Assembly: GCA_033442325.1 (NCBI GenBank)
Contig: JAWQFM010000014.1
Span: 773,792 to 837,791, forward strand
From: Salpingoeca rosetta
Taxonomy: Eukaryota > Protista > Choanoflagellata
Direction: 5' to 3'
DNA length: 64,000 bases
Below, piece by piece: positions 23,119-35,890 of this stretch. Position 1 is the stretch's first letter, and the number at the start of each line of letters is the position of its first letter. The notes under the pieces are model-generated. The model was not told where the DNA came from. It did not search any database and saw only the letters and a program-made list of their open reading frames with translations. Both the position numbers and the translations under genes were made by a program.

Positions 23119-25026
23119 TCAGTTGCGGCTCTTCTTGGACTTGTTGAGGAAGTCGGAGTGCTCGACGTAGGGGTTCTTGGAGATGGCCATGTCTGCCCAC
23201 AGGTCAGGGGTCAGGTACGTGTACGTCTGGCGGATGGCCTCGAACGTTGCCTTGGCTGTTGGTGGTGATGAAAAAAAGGACAAGGGAGCAAAGGAGAGGG
23301 GGGAGAAACCACGCAGAGAGCGAGCGAGTTGGTTCGTGAGTTGCATGGCGCACAAGTGCATGAAAGTTGAAGACAACGCAGAAAGCAGATGATGCAGACA
23401 ACAACACCACGGAAGAAAGAGAAAGAAGCAAGAAGAGAGAGAGAGAAAACACATGCTTGTGTGGACAGCAGTTCTCAGTAGACTGTCGTGAGAACTTGAA
23501 AGCTCATCACAAAAGCACAACTTTGTCGTGCATGAGATCAGAGAGTTGGGTTAAAGATTTGATATCATCCCAGAACTGCGACCACAGCACAAGTGAAGAA
23601 AAGCGAGAGAGAGAGAGAGAGAGAAACACCAACAAGAACGAGCAACGAGAGACGACGAGCAAAGGCCGCCAAGCATGCATGGTACGTGGCGAGGGGAAGT
23701 CAAGGGGAAACAAATACACATCAGAAAGATACAACAGCAACAAAAAAGGGCGCGTGTGCGACGAGAGCTACTGTTCTCAGTAGACTGTCGTGAGTTGGAA
23801 AGATACTCATCACAGGGTGCAACTTTGTTGCGATAAATCAGAATGAGTTGGGTTAAAATTTGGTCATCATCCCCGAAGAGAGCCCAAATCACACACACAA
23901 CATGAAGAGAGAGAGAGAGAGAAGGGGGGGGGGGAGGAGGAAAAACAAAAGGGGAAAGCAGAGACGGAAGAGACGGGATCAGACACAAGAGAAGAGGAGG
24001 ACACTGCTATTTCTCAGTAGACTGTCGTGAGAACTTGAAAGCTCATCACAAAAGCACAACTTTGTCGTGCATGAGATCAGAGAGTTGGGTTAAAGATTTG
24101 ATATCATCCCAGAAACAGAAGAGTCCAAATAAAAAGAAAGGAAGAGAAGAGAGAAAGAGGAGACAGGGAGAGGAAAGAGGAGAGAGGAGAAGATTGGAGA
24201 GAGAACAAGTACGTGTTGTGCTGCACAGACCCGATGCAAAGAAAGCAACAGAGCTGTTGTTGCTTCGCGTGTACATTGGGTCTTGCCTCTCACCAACAAC
24301 CAAACGCAAACACAAAACATCCAACGCAAGCGCACACGTGTGTCATTCAAAGGACGTACCAAAGTTGCCGAGGGTGGCGGTCTGGCCACGGGAAGCCGTG
24401 TAGCAGTCGTCGATACCGGCGAGCTGGAGCAGCTTCTTGGGGGTAGGGGCGGCAACAATACCGGCACCGCGAGGCGCGGGGATGAGACGCACAGTGACGC
24501 TACCGCAGACACCGGTGGTCTTCATGGGCACGGTGTGGGGATCACCAAGCATGTTACCCCAATAACCACGACGCACGGGGAGGAGGCTCATCTTGGCGCA
24601 GAGGAGGGCGCCACGGATGGCGCCGGCAACCTCCTTGGAGCACTTGACGCCGAGGCCAAGGTGACCGTTGCTGTCGCCGAGGGCAACAAAGGCCTTGAAG
24701 CGGGTGCGCTGACCAGCGGTGGTCTGCTTCTGCACGGGGGTGATCTTGAGGACCTCGTCCTGCAGAGAGTCGCCGAAGAAGAAGTCGATGATCTCGGGCT
24801 CCTTGATGGACAGGGAGTGCTGGTAGATCTCCTCGATGGACTTGATGCGGCGCTCCTTGACGAGGCGGCCCAGCTTGGTCACGGGCTTCCACTCCTTGCG
24901 CTCCTCGCGGCCACGGCCACCACCACGGCCACCACCACGACCGCCACCACGGCCACGGCCCTCGCCACCACGGCCCTCGCCGCGGCCGCGACCACTGCTT
25001 TCACCGGTCGGTTGCTTGTCCGCCAT
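23119..25026 (-). CDS. RPS2: 40S ribosomal protein S2 (uS5); exons 25026-24360 and 23255-23119
   Basis: RGG-rich N-terminus, [56 protein letters not shown] intron 24359-23256 joins TLGNF|[18 protein letters not shown] in frame. Confidence 0.97.
23468..23579 (-). ncRNA. Box C/D snoRNA copy A (dual guide; snR73/SNORD35-type D guide, snR69-type D' guide)
   Basis: Sense strand: box C GGATGA, D' CTGA, C' GTGATGA, D CTGA, and an 8-bp terminal stem GCAGTTCT/AGAACTGC. Guides TCTCACGACAGTCTA and AACCCAACTC are antisense to the conserved LSU stretch GAGCUGGGUUUAGACCGUCGUGAGA. Confidence 0.9.
23773..23878 (-). ncRNA. Box C/D snoRNA copy B (diverged; snR73/SNORD35-type D guide, snR71/SNORD29-type D' guide)
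   Basis: Box C ATGATGA; D' guide AACCCAACTCATT followed by CTGA; internal hairpin GCAAC-AAA-GTTGC; C' GTGATGA; D guide CTCACGACAGTCTA followed by CTGA. Confidence 0.9.
24010..24115 (-). ncRNA. Box C/D snoRNA copy C (identical to copy A from box C to box D)
   Basis: Exact ~104-nt duplicate of 23472-23575 with unrelated flanks; terminal stem TTTCT/AGAAA. Confidence 0.9.
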
Positions 25027-25526
25027 TGCTGCGTCAGTTGGTGTGTGCGGTTGTGTGCGTGAGTACGTGTATGAGTGTGTGTGAGACCAGAGATGAGGCA
25101 CGCACGCACGCACGCACAAGACAAAAAAGAGCTCAACAACGACAACAACAACAACAACAACAAAACCATGCACCCTCCAGCGCCAGCACTGTAACCCTGC
25201 TCTTCCGCTCACGTGTTGTTGTGGTCGATGTCTTGCTTCCTTGGAAGGGAAAAAAAAGGCACTGCGGGACACTTTACACCGAGCAACTGTTCCTCAATTC
25301 ATTTTACATAGAGTCGTGTACCACAGTTTGGTATTTTATGGTTTGCCACTGGCTTTCTTGCCTGTTGTGGGTAAAATACAACCACACACGCACACGCACG
25401 CACGCACACACACGCACACGTGCACTGGCTGTTCTGAATTGCCTGCTGATCTTGATCTTGCTTCCTCAACGCTCTTTGCTCTCTGCTCTTTGCTCTTTGC
25501 CCTCGTCCGCCCTCTGTAACACTTGT

Positions 25527-26124
25527 CTACACGCGCTTAATCTGTTGTTCTGCAAGTTGCCTTGCGGCGGCGTTTGCTGCAAGCGCAGCCTGCGTGCGCA
25601 CATCGCCATGCTGTTGCTGTTGCTGCTGCTGCATCATGAAGGGTGCTACTGCCTGGTACGGTGTCTGCAAGGGCGCTGAGGATGACGCCGACGACGTTGA
25701 GGTGAGTGGCCACGATGCTGGCGGCTGGCTAGGCGCTTGCGTTCGCGCCAACGGTGTGCCCGTCGTGCGAGGTGGCGACGACACGGGTGACACAGACGCC
25801 GTGGTCATGCGAGGAACAGCAGGGCGTAGCGGATAAGGCTGGCGTTCCGGCGACATGGGCGGGGACTGGTGGCTGGAGGCCGTGCTCGAGTAGGACGGCA
25901 TGCTGTGTAACCGCAAATCAGGCAGGCCTTGTGGTGTTCGCAGCACGCCAACGTGCGACACGACCACGTTTCCTTCCGCATCCACAAACGACGCCGGCTG
26001 GTGCGGGTGTCGGTGTTGGTCATCGTGGGGTGGGTTTGATAACGAAGATGTCGTCGACGATGTCCTTGTTTCAGGCATAAGCGCCGCCTCCGGCAGCCTG
26101 TCTGACTGCTGGTGCTGGTGCTGT

Positions 26125-26212
<88 letters not shown>

Positions 26213-28535
26213 GCTGTTGTTGGTGCTGCTGTTGGTGCTGGTGCTGCTGGTGCTGCTGCTGTTGTTGTTGTTGTTGTTGGTTTGGAACAGCAAAGACGTC
26301 TGCCGGCCGCGCGTGCATGTCCTCCCCAAAGAGCGAGGCGTACAGCCCAGGCGAGTATGAGCTCACATACCGTTCCGTCCATGCCATCAGCTTCGGGCCG
26401 GTTCGCGGCGCCTGCGTTTCGTCGACCCAAGCAAACAGGTGTGCGACACGAAGGTAAGACGACAGAGCGTGCAACAATAGCAAAAAAAAAAACCCCCGGA
26501 GACAACAAACAGTAAGGCATCAATCAGCTCGGCGAATCAGATGGGTCGGGAGCAAGGGGATATTGGACAGAATACAATACAAAGACGGCACGCACACACA
26601 CTCAGAGACACGGAGACAGACATACACACACACACATAGACCCCCCCCCCACACACACATATACACCACGCGTCGCACCTGGAAGACGCCCTTGCTGGAC
26701 ATGAGGAGAAGGATGATCTTGAGGGACTCGCGAACAACATCCTCGTGGCCGTTCTCGTACAGCGCAAGAAACGTCTGCACAACCTGCGCCCAAATCTCGT
26801 GGAAGCGATCAAGCTCGCACAGCTGCGACAGCCGCTGCCGGAACACACGGCTTAGCTGGGAACCATACGTGTCACGCAGCTCCGCCAGCGCGCGGGGGCG
26901 AATCGTGCGCAGCGTCGTGTCGTTAAGGCGCTGCAACAGCGGGATCATTACGTGCTCAATCAGATGGCCCCAGTGCTCGGGCTGCAGGTGGTCGGCGAGA
27001 TGCGGGTCGCAGCACGCCTGGTGGAAGGCGTCCCTCGCCTCTTGTCGTACGCGCGTGTTCCAGCTCACGCACAGGTCCGCCAGCACCTTCATCAGGTTCT
27101 CCAGCGCATCCGTCCACAGCCGATCGGCGTCCACTGCCACTTCTCCTGCTGCTCTTCTTCTTGCGGCCTCTGCACCTGTTGCCTCGTCAGCATCGCCATG
27201 GGCACCGCCACCACCACCACTACCGTGACGTGGGTAGATGGTCCACACGGATCGGAACGCGGTGACGGCGACGGTGAGCAACGCATGCCCAACGGCATCC
27301 TCCATCTCGGCCTCGTCCCCCGTGTCGTGCACGCCGCGTGGCAGCACAGGTTTCGTGCGCGCCTCGGCGAGGGCAAGCAGCGTGCGGCCCAGTCCAGGCG
27401 CGTTGGGCCATGTCAGCTTGCCTGCAATTTGCAACAGCGTGTCAAGTGCAAGCTCGTTTGCCTCGTCCGAACCGCCGCAGCTCTCCAGCAGGTAGAACAC
27501 GACGCCCCACGCGTGCTGGTCGTCCATGTACGCGCCCCGCGTCTGCACCACATCGTACAGCCCGCGCGCAATCTGCTTGAGAGCGCCCGGCGACGCGTCC
27601 ACGCCGCACAGCACAGACAGCACGTCAATTGGCGAGGGTGATAGGGTGCCGCGCTGCGGCAAAAAGTGGAACACCAGGCGAATCACGCACACGGCCGTGC
27701 GCTCGGCCAGGTACGACGCGTGCACACCGGGCTCCTTCCAGTACTGCAGTGCCTCTGTGAAGTGCTGCACCACATCGTGCCACACACAGTCCACGCGGGC
27801 ATGGTTGTAGATGACCACGTTCGTCAGCATCTCCAAGAAGAACACCGCCGCATCCTGCGTGTACGAGAACTTGGGCAGCGTTTTCGGCAGTAGCCGCGAG
27901 CGCGAATGCACACCGTTAGTATGGCCGTGACTATTAGTGCTGCTGTTGTTGTTGTTGCTGCTGCTGCTGCTGCTGGTGGTGGTGGTATTATCACCGCCAC
28001 GGGTTTGCTTCGTGCTGCTGGCTTGATCAGCAGCATTGCTGCCACCACTGTCGTCGTTGCTGCCGTCCACGGGTGCATGAACCGCTGCATCGGCAGACTG
28101 CGAGCGCTCGGCCACCACGTTTGCTTGCACGGCGCTGCGACCCGTCCGCTCGCCACTGCCTGCTGTTGTTGCCGCTGCCGCTGCCGCTGCTGTTGTTGCA
28201 TTGTCGTCCCCAGCGAGTGACGGCGGAGGGCTCGGCGTGTTGCCGTCGCTGGTGGGCGTGATGGCCGTGACGGGACCAGCAGCAGTCATGAACGTGGTGG
28301 TGGTCGTTGCTGCTGGTGCTGGTGTATTGTCATCACTTGTTGCCGCTGCTGTGGTTGAGGCTGACGGTGTGGTGTTGGTGATTGTGCTGGCGCTGCCATT
28401 GGCGCCCCCCTCCTCTGTCTTGCCTGCAGGTGGTGGTGGTGGTGGTGGGACGTTGACCTTGTCGGTGCTGGCGTGCAGCGACGACGGACACGACACCGTG
28501 GAGACAGCGTCTGCGTTCTTGCTGTCAGCATCGTC

Positions 28536-28566
<31 letters not shown>

Positions 28567-29262
28567 GCAGCAGCACCGCCGTTCTCGTGCGCGCGCAGGC
28601 CCTCTTCGCGGTGCTGTGGGCTGCGGGCACAGAACGCCAGCAGCCGCACGACACTGCGCAGCTTTTCCCGCGAGAGGAATGTGGTGGACTCAAACAGGCG
28701 GTCCAGGCGTGTGCCCTCCAGCGCCTGCCGCGCTTCGTCGCACAGCTGCTGCAGCGGCGACGCCTCCTTCTGCGCGGGCGCAGACGCAAACAGGGCCGAG
28801 AAATAAGTCAGCACGGACGTGTCCGCGCGCGTGTCCTTGGGCGCGGTGGGCGACTCAAAGTAGCGCACACGCCCGCCCTCCTGCACAAAGTCGAACAGCG
28901 TCCGCAGCCCCGCTGGCAGCAGCCTGTGCCTGGCAACAGCCTGCAGCAGCACCATGGTGGCCGACCAGCCCTCGTCCATCGTGTCGCCGTACTTGATGCA
29001 CAGGTCAATCACGCACGACAGACACAGCTGGGCCTTTGTGTCGTTGGCAATGGCCTGCATCAGCGCCTTGCCGTTGACGCGATCGGTGAGGTCGAGCAGG
29101 AATGTGCGCTTGCCGAGCGTCTGCACGACGTGGTCGATGGTGTCGGAGCTGCCAAACCGGCTGCACAGGCTGCCCAGCAGCAGATAGCCCTCCATCACCT
29201 GCTTCAGTACCTTCTGCTCACACATGTGCATGTGGCCAGGCAGAGCGAGAGAGGCACGGTGA

Positions 29263-29308
<46 letters not shown>

Positions 29309-29545
29309 TGGTGGTAAGAAATGACCCATGCGCTTAGTCTAGCCGGATCACAGCGACGGAAGGAATGGGTCGTGATATCCCACCTTCACACTCGGCAGAT
29401 TTCTCACTCATTACAGCAGCGGCTCTAAGCCTCACCGATCTGTGTTTTCTATACGAATGGTACTCAGAAAGCGTGTCTTGGGATCGCCTCATGACATCGT
29501 CGGTGTTGAACGACCTGTAAGTCCATGATTAGTGTTGGCCTTGAG

Positions 29546-29593
<48 letters not shown>

Positions 29594-30633
29594 TTGGGTT
29601 GGGGATTAGGTTGGATGGATAGCGTTTGGAGCGAGGGAGGAGGAACAACAACAAGCCGTCATGATGGAGGACAAGCCACTCATGTACATACACGCATAGC
29701 AAGCAAGCAAGCAACACAAACATCGCAATGCACCTTCTCGTCTGCGACCTCCAGGACGTATGCGAGCGACGCCTTGAGGGGCTCGGCGAGAATGGCGAAG
29801 ATGGCACCGTCAAACCGCGACGAGCCGTGCACATATGTCATGTGGGAGGTTGGCAGCCGGCTGCGGGTAACCAGCGCCTGCCACAGCGCGCGCTCCCGCA
29901 TCTCGCCCTCGTGTTCCTCGGGCAGCACAATCTCGTTGCTGCTGACGTTCTTGAAGATGCGCTCGAGAAAAGGGCGGGGAAAGTTCTCCTTGTCGTTTGC
30001 CCCGCGCAGGTTCCGAACAAAGTCGTCCACAGTCATCTTGCGCACGACTTTTGGGCTGTGCTGGTCCACGTTCAACATGATGATCGCATACGCCAGCACA
30101 CACGCAGAGTCTGCGCTGCGCACATGCTCTGTGTCTGTTGTTTGTTGTCCATTGTTGTTGGTGATGGTGATGGTGGTGGTGATGGTGGTGGTGTGGTGAG
30201 GGCATTGACAACATGGGATGAATCAATCACATCAGCAATGGGCGAAATGTAATACCACGCAAGCCCGCAACGTGTGCAACGCCATCCACAAGCACACAGA
30301 CACATGATCATGCACACCGCCTCCGTCACTGCCACCTCCGCACAAACGCACGTGTTGAAGTGGCCATCCACTGGCTGGCAAAGCACTCAAGGATGCGTTC
30401 GATGACCTGGGCCTCGCCCGGCAGCCGGAACGATGTCAGCAGCGAGCGCAGCGCCTCGTCAATGTGCTGGTGACACAGGCAGGCAAGGAGGGGAAGGGAG
30501 TAAGGAACGCGTGGGATGGTGGCGGTAATCGTGATGGGAGCGTTGGAGTTTTGAGCAGTGGAAAAAGAGGGATGCAGACGTGATTCAAAAGCAAGACATG
30601 TTCAAAGAAAACGCCACGCCACACCTTCAAAAC

Positions 30634-30664
<31 letters not shown>

Positions 30665-31761
30665 TCACACACACACACACACACATACACTCACACACCG
30701 GCACACACCTTGTCTTCAAAGTTGAATGAGGCGATAAAGGCCTGGCGCACGGCGTCCTCCTTGTAGTTGCCAATGTACTCGCCAATCCTGGCCTTGTCAA
30801 ACCGCGGGCTGGACTTGAGCAGTGCAGCCACCTCCGCAGGATCGAGCGGGTGTCGCAGCAGGCCGTTCTCGTGCAGGAACGTGATGCCTTTCTTTGGCTT
30901 GTGGTTGAAGAGCTCAATCCCGTCCTCAAGCAGTTTCTTGCGCACGCGCAGCTCAGACACGATGCTGTGGTTGATGCTGGCGCTCTCCACCTCATCGTCG
31001 CCACCAGCAGCATCATCGTCGCTGCTGCCGCCGCTGCTGCTCAGCCGACCGCGGCCTGCGTTGGGATGAGGAGGAAGGGGGAAGAGCATCGTTGCAATGT
31101 TGCAGTGGTTGGCGGCATACGGTCACGCGTGTGTGTGCGTGCGTGTGTGTGTATGTGTGTGTGAGTTGGTCGGTTGGTTGTTCAGTTCGTTGTCGTGTGA
31201 GCGAACCAAGCATGCAGAAGGGAGAACAGCAGCAACAACACGAACAACGACACAAAGCCTTTGGTTCCTGCAGCCTACCACTGGCGTTTATTTGCCGGGC
31301 GACGGTGAGAAGGGTCTCCAGTGCGAGCATGTTGGTGGTGAAGAGCGACTGTGCAGCGCACACACACATTTGGGCATGAAAGGGTGCCGGAGTTGCGTGA
31401 GCTGTGTCGGTGGCGGCCACTGGCAACGTGCGAGGAACACTTGCACACAGAGTTGCACGCTCACAAGCATGGCCGCACACACGCACACACACACGCACAC
31501 ACACACACACATGTAGAGGAGCAGGGCTGACCTGGTCGTCTGTGGCGGCGCTGGCCTGCAGGAAGAGGAGGAGGCGCTCAACCAGATCCTCAGAGAAGAG
31601 GTCGCAGTCAAAGTTGAAGAATATGTCGTTGACAAACGACGGAATGCGGACCAGCGACAGCATGCAGTCCAGCACGGCCTCGGCGTGGTCGTACGTCGGC
31701 AGGTGGTCCTATACGGTGGTGGTGGACAGTGCGTGCAATACGAATGCGTATGAGTGGGCGT

Positions 31762-31838
<77 letters not shown>

Positions 31839-32197
31839 GAAAGGAGAATACTAATGTGTGCATGCGCCCATACGCGTGTGGAATTGTGTGCGCACACCTC
31901 GATGAGGAGGAGGAGAAGGCGTTCCAGCTGGAACTTGAGACGCTTGCCCTGCGCGTGCATGAGCAGATACAGCGCCCGCAGCGCATCGGAGAAGAGCACA
32001 AAGTCGTCGTGGGCAAGCATGTTCAGGAGCTGGTAGCACAGGTCGTCCTCAACCACCTGAGCACAAGCCAGCAACGGGGGGGGGGGGGTCATCAGACGTG
32101 GGAGGCAACACGCGACACATCAGCCACGTGCCAGTGAGAAGCAGGACCCAAGCGCTTAGATAGATGTGGACACTCAGAGCATAGCGTGAGATAAGTT

Positions 32198-32228
<31 letters not shown>

Positions 32229-32231
32229 CCA

Positions 32232-32305
<74 letters not shown>

Positions 32306-32940
32306 CACACGCACACACACACACACACACACACACGTGGCCACGCACGTGCATGACGGCTGGGTGGAGGTGGAGGAGGTGTGCGGATGTCTCCATGACG
32401 GCAATGACGGCAGCGAGGCCCATCTTCAGGCGGCGCGGGGTGTTCTTCTTGTCGGACGCGTCAATCAGCCCAACGAGCTGCCGAAGCACATCCCCAACAC
32501 ACGCGACAGAGTACGGCGTCTGTGGGGTTGGCAAGAAACGGAAGGGAGGGAAGGAAGTGAAGAAAGGCAAGAGAGGAAAAGGGAGGAAGGCGATGTTAGT
32601 TCGGTTGAGTGGAATGCGTGCGTGCGGTGCGGGCATGCATGCGGTGGTGTGGTGGGATCGTGTGAATGGACGCGCAAGTAGGCTTGGCGACAACGTCAGC
32701 GGGGCGTCAAGCTTTTTTTGATCATCATGATCATGATCATCATCATCACATTGGCAAAGACAGGATTGACTCACCGTGACCGTCTCCTGGTGCGCGGAGG
32801 GCGTTGCGGCAAAGGTGACGCCGCGAGCATTCATGCGCGCCTGGCTTGGTGACGCGGTCGCAACTGAAACAGAAAAACAGACCAGCAACGAGCAGCAGCA
32901 GCAAAACAAGGGCGGCGTGAGCAGTGATGTTGATCAAGCA

Positions 32941-32988
<48 letters not shown>

Positions 32989-33519
32989 GACCGCGCTCTC
33001 GCCTTGGCCCACACTCACAGCGCACCTTCACGTGGGATGTTGTGTACGGTACTGCCGTCGCTTTGCTTCTGTGCTATCGCCACTGTTGTTGTCATTGTCG
33101 TTGTCGTTGCTGTAGAAGCAGAGGCCTCACGGTCACTGCGAACTTCGATGTGCTCTCGGTGTTGTTGCGTCTCATCAGCAGCAGCACCAACGGCTGCGTG
33201 GTCCCCATGCTCCTGCTCCTGTTGATCCTGTGCGTGTGCGTGTGCGTGTGTTGATCCGCTCGCCGCGCAGCCATCACTGCTACTGCTTGTGCTGCCGTGG
33301 CTTGCGGCTGTGTGGCGTGGTGGCGGTGGATCTGCTGCCGCTTCCTCCTGAGGCAAACAGCAAGAAAGGCAGCAAAGTCGGAAAGGAAAGGAACAAGGAA
33401 GTCGCAGTAGGCATGTGAACACGAGACAAGCCAGTGCACAGCATAGGGGTGCTACATGCGCGCGCACATGGTTGCGTGTTCTCACACCCACCTACCCCCC
33501 CCCACACACATACACACGC

Positions 33520-33610
<91 letters not shown>

Positions 33611-34236
33611 GTGTGCGCGGGTGCTGGGGACTTACGGCGAGCTGTGGCAGGCGGGAGCAGAGGTGGAGCACCATTTCCTGCATGGCCGTCTCCGCGTATT
33701 GGCCAAGCACCTCCGACACGTGCTCTTGGAAACACAACTTGAACGTCGTCTGCAGTCCGACACATTGGTGTGATGGTGAGCACACGAGAACGAGCATGGC
33801 GTGTGCACGAAACAGATCACTCTTGCATCATGCACACACACCAGCAGTCAGTCACGCTCACACACATACACACGCACACGCACACGCACACACACATGAG
33901 AACAGTAGCAGTTGCATGCACACTCTCGCCTCCTCTCACACACAGACGCGACCTCGAGCATGGTCTTGACGCGGTCGTGGCTGAGGAGTTTGCCGGCGTC
34001 ACTGCACAGCAGCGCCCGCAGCACCTACACACCAGCATGGCGAGTGGTGGCAACACAACAGTGAACATACGCGGCAACAGCACGTGCGATCGCTCCCCCC
34101 CCCCACACACACCACCACCACCACCACCACCGCTCAATCGAGCAACATACAAGAAGGTTTCACCCACAAGATACACATACATAACACGTGCATAGTACAC
34201 ACGCACACGTGCATTCACACACACACACACACACAT

Positions 34237-34268
<32 letters not shown>

Positions 34269-35468
34269 TACGCACGAATATCCGACAACAACAACCGCGC
34301 ACCTGAACGATGCGCATGAGGACAACTTCCTCGGCCTGGAAGTCCGTGCACACGAAGCGCGCCTGCGTCACCGCATATGCAATCCTGTTCACGCCCTCCG
34401 CAGCACGCGGCGACGTTGGGCCTGGAGACATGGTTTGCACGTGGAAGTGGAAGCCGGCGGGGGGGGGTTTGAAGATGGCCCAGATGAGTGGCGAACATGC
34501 GTTGCATGGGCACAAACTGGTGTTCTTGCAACAACAGCAAATGCAGCACAAACGCATGCACGCACGCACGCACACACACACACACACACATGCGCGCACG
34601 CACGCACATAGGCGGACGTACGAATAAAGTTGTAGGAGATGAGCTTGTGCAAGGAGTTGAGGGCAACGCTGGTGATTGTGCCTGTGGCCACGCCCGACCA
34701 GATGACCTCCAAGAAGGGGCTGACGAGCGTGTCAATTTGGATGCCATCGCCTGCAACATATGGTGGGTAGAAGACGACGGATGTCAACTCACGTGGCAGT
34801 CGGGGCCACGCCATGCAAATGGTCGCCATGGCACGGAAAGAGCAAGCCGTGGAGAAAGAACAAGGAGGGGGCAGCGGGAACGGGAAGGGGTCCAACAGAC
34901 AAGATGAAGAGCACAAGCTGCGGCAGGCAGCAAAGCACACAGAAGCAGATGCTTCAACAGTTTGGATGCTCAGACAACACGACGGAAATGGCCACCATGG
35001 GGGTGAGGGGAACGCAAAGCAATGCACAGCACCTCGTCGCACGAGCGTCTCCCGAAGAATGGTGAAGCCACGCACAAGCGGGTCGTTCTGCTGCGTTGGC
35101 ACAACAGAACACGAATGACATGACACCGCGAATTGTCCAACGACAGATGCAACCCAATACCGTGCGTGAGTTTGTGTTTTCAGCCGCTCAACAGCACACA
35201 TGCAGGGCTTCAGCTGCCACACATCCCCAAAACCACATGCATCCACACACACACACACACACGCACACACGCACACACACACACGCACACACACACACAT
35301 ATGGGCGCAAATTTGCATGCATCCTTGTTGTCGGCATCAATTGCGTTCACGCAAACCACATGCACGCACCGATTCGCGGGTGTGGGAAGCCCAACGGACG
35401 TTGGAGCGAAGCGCAGCCAGGACCGCCGAGGCTTCGCCCTCAGACACGCGCTGGATCTCCCCCACCAT
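25527..35468 (-). CDS. GBF1: GBF1/Gea-family large Sec7-domain ARF guanine-nucleotide exchange factor, multi-exon
   Basis: N-terminus MVGEIQRVSEGEASAVLAALRSNVRWASH, NDPLVRGFTILRETL, SPFLEVIWSG..TGTITSVALNSLHK, FFNFDCDLFSEDL. Sec7: GIELFNHKPKKGI, FRLPGEAQVIERILECF, LAYAIIMLNVDQHSP..FVRNLRG..EIVLPEEH. HDS region 26680-29213; polyQ last exon. Confidence 0.92.
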
Positions 35469-35890
35469 CACCCATCCACCCACGCTCTCGTGACGTGTTT
35501 CAAAAGGAAGTCCGAAGCGCACACAAGCAAGCAAGCAAGCAAGCAAGCAGACGTCTGCCCGGTCTGGCGTCTGTCGATGTCGTGCGTGCCTCCTCTTTCC
35601 TTTCCTTCTTGCTCTTCTTCTTTGCACTTGTCAGCAACCCACCGCACACAGCACGACCAACGACAAGCGAAACTGCTGATCTGACGGCTCTGCCAACGAT
35701 GCAGAACAAAAAACGAAAAAGGTGCAAGGAACAGCATTTGCTGATTCAATGTCAGATTAGCGAAACAGTTGCCACACAACTGCTGCAGTAGTTGGGTTTG
35801 ATGCATTATTAACCACCACCATCAGGCGCGCAAACCGACGAAACTGGCAGAGAGGGCGCCAGCCAGCACTCACGCCCTCACATCCACACG

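Noticed and set aside
23468-24115. Three spaced repeats as a CRISPR-like array or rRNA pseudogene fragments
   Set aside because: Units are ~105 nt with C/D boxes, the rRNA matches are only 10-15 nt and antisense in the host transcript, and there are no cas genes.
24343-25272. 82-aa N-terminal extension of RPS2 in the ORF track
   Set aside because: Non-ATG start running through promoter/UTR repeats; ATG 25026 gives a normal uS5 N-terminus.
29308-29548. Intronic island as U3, RNase P/MRP or a spliceosomal snRNA
   Set aside because: I could not find the diagnostic boxes on either strand; kept only as an unexplained island.
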